Positions 37,980 to 46,972 of a DNA stretch of 64,000 nt are shown piece after piece. A program made the translations under genes and the position numbers. The stretch's first letter is position 1. Each line of letters begins with the position of its first letter. The stretch comes from Candidatus Uhrbacteria bacterium (GTDB lineage Bacteria > Patescibacteriota > Patescibacteriia > UBA9934 > GWF2-40-263). The stretch is taken from the NCBI GenBank assembly GCA_016188495.1, contig JACPHU010000010.1:349-64348 (forward strand), written 5' to 3'. Under the pieces are notes generated by a model, which did not search any database, was not told the DNA's origin, and saw only the letters and a program-made list of their open reading frames with translations.

Positions 37980-38564
37980 TTGCAAACAAAAATCAAACCT
38001 ATGTTCAATCACAAAAAGAAAACCATTTACGCAGATGATGACACGGAAACCGTACCCCTTCTGCTCAGACTACGGTTGCCCTCTCTATTCATCGGACTTT
38101 TTTTGGGTATTGGAATTTCTTTTCTTACATCGCGATTTGAAGACGTGTTGGAAAAAAATATCCATGTGGCTTTTTTTATCCCTTTTGTCGTTTATCTTGC
38201 AGACGCGATCGGCACACAGACGGAAACGATTTTTTCACGGGACCTTAAAACAGGCAAGGCCTCTTTTCATTCCTATCTGATAAAAGAAGCTTGCATCGGT
38301 TTTGTGGCCGGACTTCTGTTTGGAGGAATCTCTCTGGGAGTCGTTTTGTGGTGGTTCTCTGACTTGTCGCTTGCTTTAAGTGTAGGGATCTCCACGTTTC
38401 TGGCTATTTTTTTTGCACCCCTCATTGCTCTGTGCACAACGCAGGTTCTGAACAATCTGAAGATCGATCCTGCTGCAGGAGCCGGCCCTATTACCACCGT
38501 CATCCAGGATGCGACCAGCATTATCATCTACGGGATCGTTTCCAGTCTCTTTTTTCTTTCCTGA
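37980..38564 (+). CDS. MgtE-like divalent-cation transporter membrane domain protein (no N-terminal CBS region)
   Basis: 'FIPFVVYLADAIGTQTETIFSRDL' and 'DPAAGAGPITTVIQDATSIIIYGIVSSLFF' match the MgtE TM-domain motifs. Confidence 0.6.
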   Translation: MQTKIKPMFNHKKKTIYADDDTETVPLLLRLRLPSLFIGLFLGIGISFLTSRFEDVLEKNIHVAFFIPFVVYLADAIGTQTETIFSRDLKTGKASFHSYLIKEACIGFVAGLLFGGISLGVVLWWFSDLSLALSVGISTFLAIFFAPLIALCTTQVLNNLKIDPAAGAGPITTVIQDATSIIIYGIVSSLFFLS

Positions 38565-38638
38565 GGAATGAGTAGTACGTAAGAACTGTTTTCTGATCCA
38601 TCGTTTTTGCGATACAATTGAAGAGATCTCACAACTCT

Positions 38639-39514
38639 ATGAAAATTCGAAAAGCTATTATTCCTGTTGCAGGAATGGGAACGCGCTTTCTTCCAGCTTC
38701 TAAAGCCCAGCCTAAAGAAATGCTCGCCGTCGTTGATAAGCCCGTCATCCAATACATTGTCGAGGAAGCGGTTGCCAGTGGTATTGAAGAAATCATCTTT
38801 GTCACAGCCATTGGAAAACGCGCCATCGAAGATCACTTTGACCGAAACTTCGAGCTTGAATATCGCCTTGAACAAAAAAACAAAATAAGTGAACTCGATA
38901 TTGTTAAACAAATAGGGAAACTCGCCCACTTCGCCTTTGTACGCCAAACCAAACCTTTGGGAGATGGTCACGCCGTTTTATCCGCCCTTCCTTTTATCGA
39001 CCAGCATGAACCCGTTGCCGTCTTGTTTGGAGACGACATTATCGATGCGCAACGCCCTGCATTGGCCCAGCTGATAGACATCTACGAAACCTACGGCGAT
39101 CCTGTGATAGCCCTGCAAAAAGTTCCGAAAAAAGAAGTCTCGCGTTTTGGCGTGATCGGAGGCAAACGCCTCAACCCCAACGTCTGGGAAATCAATCAGT
39201 TCGTGGAAAAACCAGAGGTAGAAAAGGCGCCCTCGGATCTGATCGTCATCGGACGCTACATCCTTACTCCAGAAATTTTTGAACTGCTTCCGCAACAGGC
39301 TGCAGGCAAAGACGGAGAAATCCGATTGGCTGATGCCTTTATTACCCGACTTGAACAAGGAAAAGCTCTCTACGGCTGTAAGTTTGAAGGAATACGTTAC
39401 GACTGCGGAAGCAAGCTAGGATTCTTGAAAGCTCAAGTAGAGTTGGGGCTCAAACATCCAGAAATTGGTTCGGAACTAAAACGGTATTTAACACAACACA
39501 AAAAAACTCTGTAA
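38639..39514 (+). CDS. galU: UTP--glucose-1-phosphate uridylyltransferase
   Basis: 'MKIRKAIIPVAGMGTRFLPASKAQPKEMLAVVDKPVIQYIVEEAV' = GalU signature N-terminus. Confidence 0.88.
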   Translation: MKIRKAIIPVAGMGTRFLPASKAQPKEMLAVVDKPVIQYIVEEAVASGIEEIIFVTAIGKRAIEDHFDRNFELEYRLEQKNKISELDIVKQIGKLAHFAFVRQTKPLGDGHAVLSALPFIDQHEPVAVLFGDDIIDAQRPALAQLIDIYETYGDPVIALQKVPKKEVSRFGVIGGKRLNPNVWEINQFVEKPEVEKAPSDLIVIGRYILTPEIFELLPQQAAGKDGEIRLADAFITRLEQGKALYGCKFEGIRYDCGSKLGFLKAQVELGLKHPEIGSELKRYLTQHKKTL

Positions 39515-39522
39515 ACGTTTCT

Positions 39523-40896
39523 ATGAAGACGCTTTGGCGCAATCTCTCCCTTCTTTGCCTCATGCTCATGCTTGTCGGAGCTGGCTGTGGTGGCAATACG
39601 CAAGCACAAACGCTTGCCACAAAACCTGTCACTCTGACCATCTGGCGGGTGTTTGACGATGACAGCACCTTCTCAAACATCATGAGTTCTTACCAGGCTC
39701 TTCATCCGAATATCTCTTTTAATTACCGAGAACTCCGGTACAACGAATACGAGGACGAACTCCTGCGGGCGTTTGCCGAAGGAGAGGGACCGGATATTTT
39801 TTCCATCCATAACACCTGGATCGGAGAATATAAAAGTTTGATCAAACCCTTGCCCAATTCATTAAAGATTCCCTATTCAGAAACCAGAGGAACGATCAAA
39901 AAAGAAACCGTGTACACCATTCAGGAAGAACCCACTCTTTCCCAAAGAGCCCTCAAAAACGATTACGTAGATGTCGTTGTGCAAGATGTCCTGCGCTCCT
40001 ACAGAGCGAGTGCAAAAGCCGATGTGGAAGAACGCATTTTTGCCCTCCCTTTGTCTGTGGATTCCCTCGCTCTCTATTACAACAAAGACCTCTTAAACGC
40101 CGCAGGAATTCCGGAACCCCCTTCGACATGGACGGAATTTCAAGACAACGTAGGCAAGCTCACAAAAATTGGTGTCGACGATAAGATTATTCAGGCAGGC
40201 GCTAGTATCGGAACAAGCAAAAATGTGGAACGAGCGTTTGATATCCTTTCCATTTTGATGATGCAAAACGGAACACAAATGACAGACAGTCGATATCAAG
40301 CCACCTTTGGTCAGGAAACAGAAGCAGGATTCCTGGCTTCAGAAGCGACTCGTTTTTATACAGATTTTGCCAATCCGCTCAAAGCGGTCTATACCTGGAA
40401 TGCCGATCAGCCCGATTCGTTTGATGCCTTCGTTAAAGGCAACACGGCATTCTTTTTTGGATATAGTTATCATGACGCGTTTATTCGCACAGCGAATCAA
40501 AAACTCAATTACGCTATCACTGCTCTTCCTCAAATTGATGGAGGGAAAACTGTTAATTACGCCAACTATTGGGTTGAAACGGTTGCCAAGTCTTCCAACG
40601 CCGGGGATTGGGCCTGGGATTTCGTGCAGTTTGCCGCTGATAAGGACCATGTCGGATCCTATATAAAGGCGGCAAAAAAACCCGCCGCCCTGCGCTCCCT
40701 CATCAGCGCTCAATTGGAAGACGAATTGCTGTCCATCTTCGCTGGTCAAACCCTCACGGCGCGTTCCTGGTACATGGGCAATAATGCCAACGTCGCAGAA
40801 GAAGCCTTTTTGGATCTGATCGACGCTTATCTCAAAGGAAGCGATCAAGAACGAGCTCTCAAAGACGCTCAAAATAAAGTGAATCAAACTCTATGA
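39523..40896 (+). CDS. ABC-transporter extracellular solute-binding lipoprotein (family 1, sugar-type), no adjacent permease genes
   Basis: Lipoprotein signal 'LVGAGCGG'; size and composition of SBP family 1. Confidence 0.55.
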   Translation: MKTLWRNLSLLCLMLMLVGAGCGGNTQAQTLATKPVTLTIWRVFDDDSTFSNIMSSYQALHPNISFNYRELRYNEYEDELLRAFAEGEGPDIFSIHNTWIGEYKSLIKPLPNSLKIPYSETRGTIKKETVYTIQEEPTLSQRALKNDYVDVVVQDVLRSYRASAKADVEERIFALPLSVDSLALYYNKDLLNAAGIPEPPSTWTEFQDNVGKLTKIGVDDKIIQAGASIGTSKNVERAFDILSILMMQNGTQMTDSRYQATFGQETEAGFLASEATRFYTDFANPLKAVYTWNADQPDSFDAFVKGNTAFFFGYSYHDAFIRTANQKLNYAITALPQIDGGKTVNYANYWVETVAKSSNAGDWAWDFVQFAADKDHVGSYIKAAKKPAALRSLISAQLEDELLSIFAGQTLTARSWYMGNNANVAEEAFLDLIDAYLKGSDQERALKDAQNKVNQTL

Positions 40897-41618
40897 GAAA
40901 ATCTCTCTTTCTCATTGCTCTTTTCTTCCTCACAATCTTGCCTCAAACGGGATTCGCCTATAATTCCAGAATTTGCCAACAAAGCAGTGTCTGTTTGGAA
41001 AAAGAAGTGGGAGTCTTTATGCAAGGAATCTCTAAAGGTTGTGGAAACTCTGGGGATTGTACGTTGGCAGACATCATGACTGTATTCGTGAACGTGGGAA
41101 ATTACGTGGTTGGAATCATTGGAGGAATTGTTTTATTGATGTACGTTATCGGAGGCTTCTTCATGCTTATTTCAGGAGGTAACAGTGAACGTGTGAAAAA
41201 AGGAAAGCAATATATGACGATTTCAACCGTGGGATTGCTCATTGTCATGTTTTCCTACTTAGGAATTTATGCGTTACGAGGGGTTCTCCAATACGGTTCT
41301 GTCGCGCTCACGGATGCCGAAAACGAATATGTCGCCTGTTCAGGACCGACGGTGGAAGGAAAATCCTGCGACCTAAATTCAACCTGTACCAACGGAGGAT
41401 ATACGTGCGAGTCTCTGTGCCGGCAAAATCACCCCCTCTCTACAACTTCAACAACCCAGGATACGACGATCACCGAATACTACGACTGTGTGGATAGGAA
41501 ATCGACTGCGAGTTCAAGCGAAGAAGGGGGGAACGTCTACTACGTTGAAAGTAGTTGTGAAAAAAATCTCTGTCCTGGAGATGTAGACGTCCAATGCTGT
41601 CAGCTCAAACGCAGATAA
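40893..41618 (+). CDS. VirB2/TrbC-like (T4SS-pilin family) small membrane protein paralogue 1, with Cys-rich (15 Cys) C-terminal extension
   Basis: Shared core 'VLLMYVIGGFFMLISGGNSERVKKGKQYMTISTVGLLIVMFSYLGIYA' aligns with the other four paralogues. Confidence 0.6.
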   Translation: MRKSLFLIALFFLTILPQTGFAYNSRICQQSSVCLEKEVGVFMQGISKGCGNSGDCTLADIMTVFVNVGNYVVGIIGGIVLLMYVIGGFFMLISGGNSERVKKGKQYMTISTVGLLIVMFSYLGIYALRGVLQYGSVALTDAENEYVACSGPTVEGKSCDLNSTCTNGGYTCESLCRQNHPLSTTSTTQDTTITEYYDCVDRKSTASSSEEGGNVYYVESSCEKNLCPGDVDVQCCQLKRR

Positions 41619-41654
41619 TCCTTTCACTCTTTTTCTTTCTAGAAATTTTGAATC

Positions 41655-41999
41655 ATGAACTCACCTATGCATAAACGAATTCTATTGCTGTTCTACCTTT
41701 TTTTCATCATTCCTCACACGACCCTTGCCGCTGAGCTGACAAACCCGCTCTATACGACAGATATCCGAGATGTGATCGGGCGTATTATCCAAGCGGTTTT
41801 AGGTGTGACAGGAGCGGTCGCTCTTCTCATGTTCGTCTACGGAGGATTTCTCTGGCTTATTTCCGGCGGCGAAACGGAAAAAGTAAAAAAAGGAAAAGAT
41901 ACCATGAAGTGGGCGATTCTGGGATTAGCCGTCATCATCGGTGCTTACATGATTGTCAGCACCATCATCAATGCCCTAGAAAAAGGAACGGTTGCTTAA
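41655..41999 (+). CDS. VirB2/TrbC-like pilin-family protein paralogue 2
   Basis: Signal peptide plus 'ALLMFVYGGFLWLISGGETEKVKKGKDTMKWAILGLAVIIGAYMIVS'. Confidence 0.6.
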   Translation: MNSPMHKRILLLFYLFFIIPHTTLAAELTNPLYTTDIRDVIGRIIQAVLGVTGAVALLMFVYGGFLWLISGGETEKVKKGKDTMKWAILGLAVIIGAYMIVSTIINALEKGTVA

Positions 42000-42146
42000 C
42001 CCGTGTGGATATCTTAGTACTCCAAACACATAAATTTCGGTAAAATAGAATTGAATACAATATTAACTCAACTAATTAGCATTCTCTTTTACTTTTCCTT
42101 CTTTGACTGACAAAGAAGAGAGACCAGTACGAAAGAGGTAACGTTT

Positions 42147-42608
42147 ATGTCAAACATTTTATCTAAAAAGCGTGTCGGTTATTTCCTTGGAGCTCTCATC
42201 GCTTTTTCTTTCGGAGCCACTGCCCTCTTGGGTGTCCATAACGTGCACGCACAAGCGCTCACATCCGACGAGCTCTTTGGAGGAACAGCCACGGGAGATG
42301 AATTTGCCTCAACAGCCGGTTTGGGAGAAGCGGACCTTGTGGATACGATCGGTTCTATTATTCGTGTCGCTTTGGGATTTTTAGGAGTGATTGCCGTGGT
42401 GATTATCCTCTTGGGTGGATTCAAGTGGATGACTGCGGCTGGAAATGACGACAAAGTAAAGGAAGCGAAGAAACTTATTTTTTCAGGAATTGTCGGTTTG
42501 GTAATCGTTCTCTCTGCCTATGCTATCGCAAGCTTCGTGATCAATTCGCTTGTTACAGCAACCGCTGGTAGTACTGAAGAAGAAACAACCACAACAACCT
42601 CCAGCTAA
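42147..42608 (+). CDS. VirB2/TrbC-like pilin-family protein paralogue 3 (Thr-rich C-terminus)
   Basis: 'VVIILLGGFKWMTAAGNDDKVKEAKKLIFSGIVGLVIVLSAYAIASFVI'. Confidence 0.6.
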   Translation: MSNILSKKRVGYFLGALIAFSFGATALLGVHNVHAQALTSDELFGGTATGDEFASTAGLGEADLVDTIGSIIRVALGFLGVIAVVIILLGGFKWMTAAGNDDKVKEAKKLIFSGIVGLVIVLSAYAIASFVINSLVTATAGSTEEETTTTTSS

Positions 42609-42689
42609 TTTCGCCAAAATTTCTTTCGTTTCAAACCCCTGTCGGATACGACGGGGGTTCGCACAAGGGCATGAATCGCGTGCCTTTAT

Positions 42690-43136
42690 GTGAACCCACT
42701 TCAACTTATGACCTTAAAACGTTCAGCTGGTTTAGGAATAATGCTCGTAATCTTTCTTTGTTCGTTTCTGATCGTTTTTGCTCCTCACCCAACATTGGCT
42801 CAAACAGCAACATCTACCATTTCACAGGGATTGCAAAATACCGCCGGCACAACCTATGACACCAACCTGACAGCAACGGTCTTTATAGGAAATCTCATTC
42901 GAGCCCTTATCGGAGCCACAGGTATTCTCTTTCTGGTCATTACGGTGTATGCAGGAATTCTGTATATGACAGCGGCAGGAGACGATACGAAAATCAAAAA
43001 GGCAAAAAGCATGCTCACCAGCTCTGTCATTGGCATCATCATCGTCGTTGGAGCCTATGCCCTCACAAGCTATGTTGTCAGTGCTCTTTCTACGGCAGCT
43101 GTACCAACAACAACAGCACCGGAAAAAACTGATTAA
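42690..43136 (+). CDS. VirB2/TrbC-like pilin-family protein paralogue 4
   Basis: 'LVITVYAGILYMTAAGDDTKIKKAKSMLTSSVIGIIIVVGAYALTSYVV'. Confidence 0.6.
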   Translation: MNPLQLMTLKRSAGLGIMLVIFLCSFLIVFAPHPTLAQTATSTISQGLQNTAGTTYDTNLTATVFIGNLIRALIGATGILFLVITVYAGILYMTAAGDDTKIKKAKSMLTSSVIGIIIVVGAYALTSYVVSALSTAAVPTTTAPEKTD

Positions 43137-43172
43137 TCTTTTATCAATTTCAACTCAATCTATTCATCTCTT

Positions 43173-43559
43173 ATGAAAAATCTTTCTCTCAAGGTAACCG
43201 TCTGGCTCTCTGTCCTTCCGACCCTCTTGCTTCCAGCCGCTGTTTTTGCTCAACTCTCTGATGCACAAACAGATCTTGCAGAAGTCGGTGAGGCTATTGG
43301 AACCGACGCCACGAATAACGATCTTCCAACGCTTATCGGTAACATCATCTCTGCTCTTCTTTCCGTTCTCGGTATCATTTTCGTCGTTTTGGTCGTGTAC
43401 GCCGGTTTCCTCTACCTCACCGCGGCGGGTGACGATACAAAAGTCAAAAAAGCAAAAACGCTTCTTACTCAATCCATCATCGGTCTGGTGATCATCGTCG
43501 CCGCCTACGCGATCAGCGCCTTCGTGATCGATGCTCTTGTCGAAGTAACAGGAACCTAA
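43173..43559 (+). CDS. VirB2/TrbC-like pilin-family protein paralogue 5
   Basis: 'VVLVVYAGFLYLTAAGDDTKVKKAKTLLTQSIIGLVIIVAAYAISAFVI'. Confidence 0.6.
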   Translation: MKNLSLKVTVWLSVLPTLLLPAAVFAQLSDAQTDLAEVGEAIGTDATNNDLPTLIGNIISALLSVLGIIFVVLVVYAGFLYLTAAGDDTKVKKAKTLLTQSIIGLVIIVAAYAISAFVIDALVEVTGT

Positions 43560-43694
43560 GAGAATTTCAAAATTTTGGAAACACTCGATCAGAAATGGTC
43601 GGGTGTTTTCATTTCAAACAAAAAACCCTGGCTTCGACTCACTCCCGCGTGTTTGCGAGAGTGAGTGAGACCAGGGTCTGGAGTTGAGGAAAAC

Positions 43695-44264
43695 CTAGTT
43701 CCATCTCGGGGTCATTTGATAAGCTCCAATCTGGCGGTGGCCGCCGGGCTTACTTACCAATCCCATGTTGCAGGACAGCACGTCTGAGTCCAGCTTGTTC
43801 GTAGGGCGATAAATTGTCTGAAGACCAAGTCCCTTAACGAGTATCTCCTTCGATGGATGGAGATACGTAATCCCCGGTTCATCTCCCGCCCGCCAGGTTA
43901 TCCAGACATCCGTCTGTGTGGCGAGGTCTAGAGCCAAGACAATTCCATCGTACTGACCGTCTCCATCGCGGTCATAATAGACCTCTCTGAATCCGGTCGG
44001 CTTGCGTGGAGGGGCAAAGATGTCAGCAATGGGCACACCGTGATCTGTAAAAATCACAAGCAGTGAACCTTCTCCCCCACAACGCGTCCGGGCATGCGTT
44101 TGATCCAGCGCGATGATGTGAAGAGTATCAGGTTTAACACTTTCAATATTATAAATCGATACGACCGTAGGCCGACTCAGGACCATCCAATTTGCTTGGG
44201 ACTGAGCCAGAGCCGAACCACAGAAAACCACCAGACTTAGAAGTAAACACAGTCTCAGTCTCAT
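43695..44264 (-). CDS. secreted hypothetical protein (189 aa), GC-rich by eye
   Basis: Signal peptide 'MRLRLCLLLSLVVFCGSALA'. Confidence 0.55.
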   Translation of the reverse strand: MRLRLCLLLSLVVFCGSALAQSQANWMVLSRPTVVSIYNIESVKPDTLHIIALDQTHARTRCGGEGSLLVIFTDHGVPIADIFAPPRKPTGFREVYYDRDGDGQYDGIVLALDLATQTDVWITWRAGDEPGITYLHPSKEILVKGLGLQTIYRPTNKLDSDVLSCNMGLVSKPGGHRQIGAYQMTPRWN

Positions 44265-44266
44265 CT

Positions 44267-44770
44267 CTACCTCCGCTCTCGTTCCTGGACAAGAGTCTCA
44301 CCGATAAGCATGGCACAAGCTGCCTGTTCGGCGACCGTCTTTGGTGCGCGATCCTTGGGGCACTCAACGATCGGATCACCCGAGGAAGACTGATTCGCCG
44401 AACCAACGACGGTCCGAGCCGGAGCCAGAGGTGGAAGACCTCCGGATCTACCCGTCCGGACAAATCCACGACCATCGTAAGTGACGGTCGGGGCAGCATA
44501 ACCACCCGCAGACTCACCAACTTCTTCCTGAAACACACCGGTAGTGAGCCGGGTATCTCCATGATGAAGCGTGATCGATATCCCTTTTTTTACAGCCGTT
44601 TCAGCCAATAAGTAAGGACGAGCATCGGTTGCTCTCACTAGATCAGCAGCTCCGCGGGCGGGGCCCGTATAGTTGACTTGTAGGCCCGACTGCGGATCCA
44701 CCTTGGTCAAGGTGGCACAACCAATCATCGACAAGAAAAAAATGCATGCGGACATCAAACCTACTCTCAT
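44267..44770 (-). CDS. lipoprotein, hypothetical (start at MRVGLMSACIFFLSMIGC), GC-rich by eye
   Basis: Lipobox 'SMIGC'; AGGAGA RBS 8 nt upstream; family-2 repeat sits in its 5' leader. Confidence 0.55.
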   Translation of the reverse strand: MRVGLMSACIFFLSMIGCATLTKVDPQSGLQVNYTGPARGAADLVRATDARPYLLAETAVKKGISITLHHGDTRLTTGVFQEEVGESAGGYAAPTVTYDGRGFVRTGRSGGLPPLAPARTVVGSANQSSSGDPIVECPKDRAPKTVAEQAACAMLIGETLVQERERR

Positions 44771-44790
44771 TGATTTCTCCTTAAGTTTCC

Positions 44791-44839
44791 ATACCCCTTC
44801 GACTCCGGTTTGTCGAACAAACCTCCGCTCAGGGAATAT
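44791..44839 (-). repeat. Family-2 short dispersed repeat, copy e (minus orientation), in 5' leader of lipoprotein gene
   Basis: Reverse complement CATCATATTCCCTGAGCGGAGGTTTGTTCGACAAACCGGAGTCGAAGGGGTAT. Confidence 0.7.
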
Positions 44840-44977
44840 GATGATCACCACCACTGCTATCTGATTTGAAGGAACAAATAAGGCATTGAGGTAGAGGGGC
44901 TACTTCTATTTAGAAAATGAAAGTAACACATCAATGCCTTATTTATCCCTTCAAATCATACAAAAGAAGAAAAGACT

Positions 44978-45631
44978 CTACCAATTTTTAACTCTTTTGT
45001 CAACCGACACCGCTTGAAAAAGGATGGATCTGGCCATCTCTAATACTTCTCCTTGGGTTGCTTGCTTGCCGTCCACCGCGATGATGACTAGTCGGTCATC
45101 ATATTCAAAAATGAGTTGTTGGGAAATTTCACAGCGATTAGGGATCTCGTCTTCGTAATTGATACATCGCGGTTTGGTGTCTATGGTCATCAGCCAAGCA
45201 GACCGTTCTTTGGTCAGATGAATTTCTTCTCGTGGATAGATAAACGACGCGAGATATTCTTGAGCGTCCACTTGTGGAAGGTAATCAATTTCTACAAAAC
45301 GGTTATTGTTTTTTGTATAGACAAGCACGATCGTGCCTTTGGGAAAAACACCTTGGGTTTGGGTGTAGAGTCCTGTAGCAAACAGATCTGCACCGAAGGT
45401 TTGAGAGGGAGGGGAGATTGTTTGAAACACACGGGTTGTGTCCTCTAAAACAGCCATCCCTGGGACCTCAGGCAACAGTGATCGAACATCTGAAGAAATC
45501 CACCCTAAGAAACGCAGGAGGATGACCATTGAAAGAATCGTAAGCGTCAAAAACAACAAGACTTTTTTATTGGACAGGTGTTGTTTAGACGGATCTTTTT
45601 TGTTGGGTTTGGGGTGTAATCGAGCAAACAT
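44978..45631 (-). CDS. membrane-anchored hypothetical protein (start at MFARLHPKPNKK)
   Basis: N-terminal TM helix 'VLLFLTLTILSMVILLRF'; family-1 element E lies immediately upstream. Confidence 0.5.
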   Translation of the reverse strand: MFARLHPKPNKKDPSKQHLSNKKVLLFLTLTILSMVILLRFLGWISSDVRSLLPEVPGMAVLEDTTRVFQTISPPSQTFGADLFATGLYTQTQGVFPKGTIVLVYTKNNNRFVEIDYLPQVDAQEYLASFIYPREEIHLTKERSAWLMTIDTKPRCINYEDEIPNRCEISQQLIFEYDDRLVIIAVDGKQATQGEVLEMARSILFQAVSVDKRVKNW

Positions 45632-45640
45632 AACTGAACG

Positions 45641-45768
45641 AGACTTCTGCAAAACTCGCGATCTTGCCTTTCACGGGCGCCCGTTGACCCCGTTCTCCCT
45701 ACTCTGAGTAGGGTTCTCGGGGCTCAACAGCCCGTTCAAGGCAATCTCATCGAGTTTTGCAGAAGTCT
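45641..45768 (-). repeat. Family-1 structured palindromic element, copy E (minus orientation), overlapping the 3' end of ORF 45671..46969
   Basis: Outer arms AGACTTCTGCAAAACTCG / CGAGTTTTGCAGAAGTCT perfect 18 bp; inner sequence close to copy A/B subfamily. Confidence 0.75.
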
Positions 45769-46969
45769 TTAAAGTGATAGCAATCAGGATCCATGTCATC
45801 ACAGCAAGATCATTTTTGAAATAAGGAACATCGACCAGTCCGTGAATAGTCATTTCCAGTAAAGCAAAAAAGGCGATCGTAGAAATGGGGTCTTTTGGAA
45901 CTTTGATGATCGAATAGGTCAGTAAGAAAAAGGCGATCACTCCCAACAGTCCAAGTTCCACCCAGATGTTTAAGAGAATATTATGCGGGTATTGGAAAAT
46001 TTCAAAATGCGTGGCTCGATGATAAGGAATCAACGCTGTTTGGTATCCAGAAAGTCCTGCTCCTAACACCCAATGATCCTTTAAGAGTTCAACGGTTTCT
46101 GTCCATTGAGACAGACGCACTCCTCCTGAATAATCTTGAAGGGTTAATTTTTGTATCACGAGACCGAGCCATGGAGAAATGAGAATAACGAGAGTCGCCA
46201 GAAGACCCAAGAGAATGGTTTTTTTTCTAGAGCTCTGATCAAAGAGTCCTCGTGCAACGACCGTGGCAACAACGGCAACGACCGCTGCTTCTGATTGAGC
46301 CAGGATAATGGCGGTAAAAGACAAGAGACAGACAAAGATCCAAAACAGATTTTTTTTCAGAAAAGAAATTGTAATTCGCTGTGCGATCAATTCCTGAAAT
46401 CCGATGATGAAGATAGGTCCCAAGAATAATCCTACGGCATTAGGATAATCGAAGACGCTGGTCACGCGGCGTTCAATGTCCCATGGAATAGGAAGACCAG
46501 CACCGGTGATCCACTGAATAATTGCCACACTTCCAATAACCATCGCACTCACTCCCAATGCTTTAAACAGTCCTTGAGAGAGAACGTGTCGATCGTTATG
46601 TCGAATTTCAAAGGAAATAATAAAAAACAGCAAAAAAGGTTCAATAAAATAGGCCTTCCAAATACCCACCGCTGCAACGATTTGGGAGGAAACAGCGATA
46701 GATATTGTGGCGGCTAAAATAAGAAGAAGAATAGTGATAAAGATTCCACGTGGAAACATTGGTGTAAATGGGAGTCTATTTCTTTTTATAAACCAAATAA
46801 TAACAAAGGTCAGAATCAACAGTTCCAGAAGGGTTGTGGGGACTGGTCCCATATACGTTCGCAACAAGTAACTCGGGAGAAGAGCGGTTAACAGAAACAG
46901 TCCTTTGTGAAGATCTTTCCAAGTGAGTACGGCGAAAAGACTCGTGAGAATAAGAAAGACAGTGAGCAT
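45671..46969 (-). CDS. O-antigen ligase/polymerase-like (Wzy_C-type) polytopic membrane protein; last about 32 codons encoded by repeat element E
   Basis: Over 10 TM helices, large periplasmic loop; assignment by topology and neighbourhood with Wzx-like flippase. Confidence 0.45.
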   Translation of the reverse strand: MLTVFLILTSLFAVLTWKDLHKGLFLLTALLPSYLLRTYMGPVPTTLLELLILTFVIIWFIKRNRLPFTPMFPRGIFITILLLILAATISIAVSSQIVAAVGIWKAYFIEPFLLFFIISFEIRHNDRHVLSQGLFKALGVSAMVIGSVAIIQWITGAGLPIPWDIERRVTSVFDYPNAVGLFLGPIFIIGFQELIAQRITISFLKKNLFWIFVCLLSFTAIILAQSEAAVVAVVATVVARGLFDQSSRKKTILLGLLATLVILISPWLGLVIQKLTLQDYSGGVRLSQWTETVELLKDHWVLGAGLSGYQTALIPYHRATHFEIFQYPHNILLNIWVELGLLGVIAFFLLTYSIIKVPKDPISTIAFFALLEMTIHGLVDVPYFKNDLAVMTWILIAITLKTSAKLDEIALNGLLSPENPTQSRENGVNGRP

Positions 46970-46972
46970 AGA

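Noticed and set aside
40893-43559. Conjugative element / ICE call around the pilin genes
   Set aside because: No relaxase, VirB4, VirD4, integrase or oriT-like features within reach; the pilin-family assignment itself is motif-based only.
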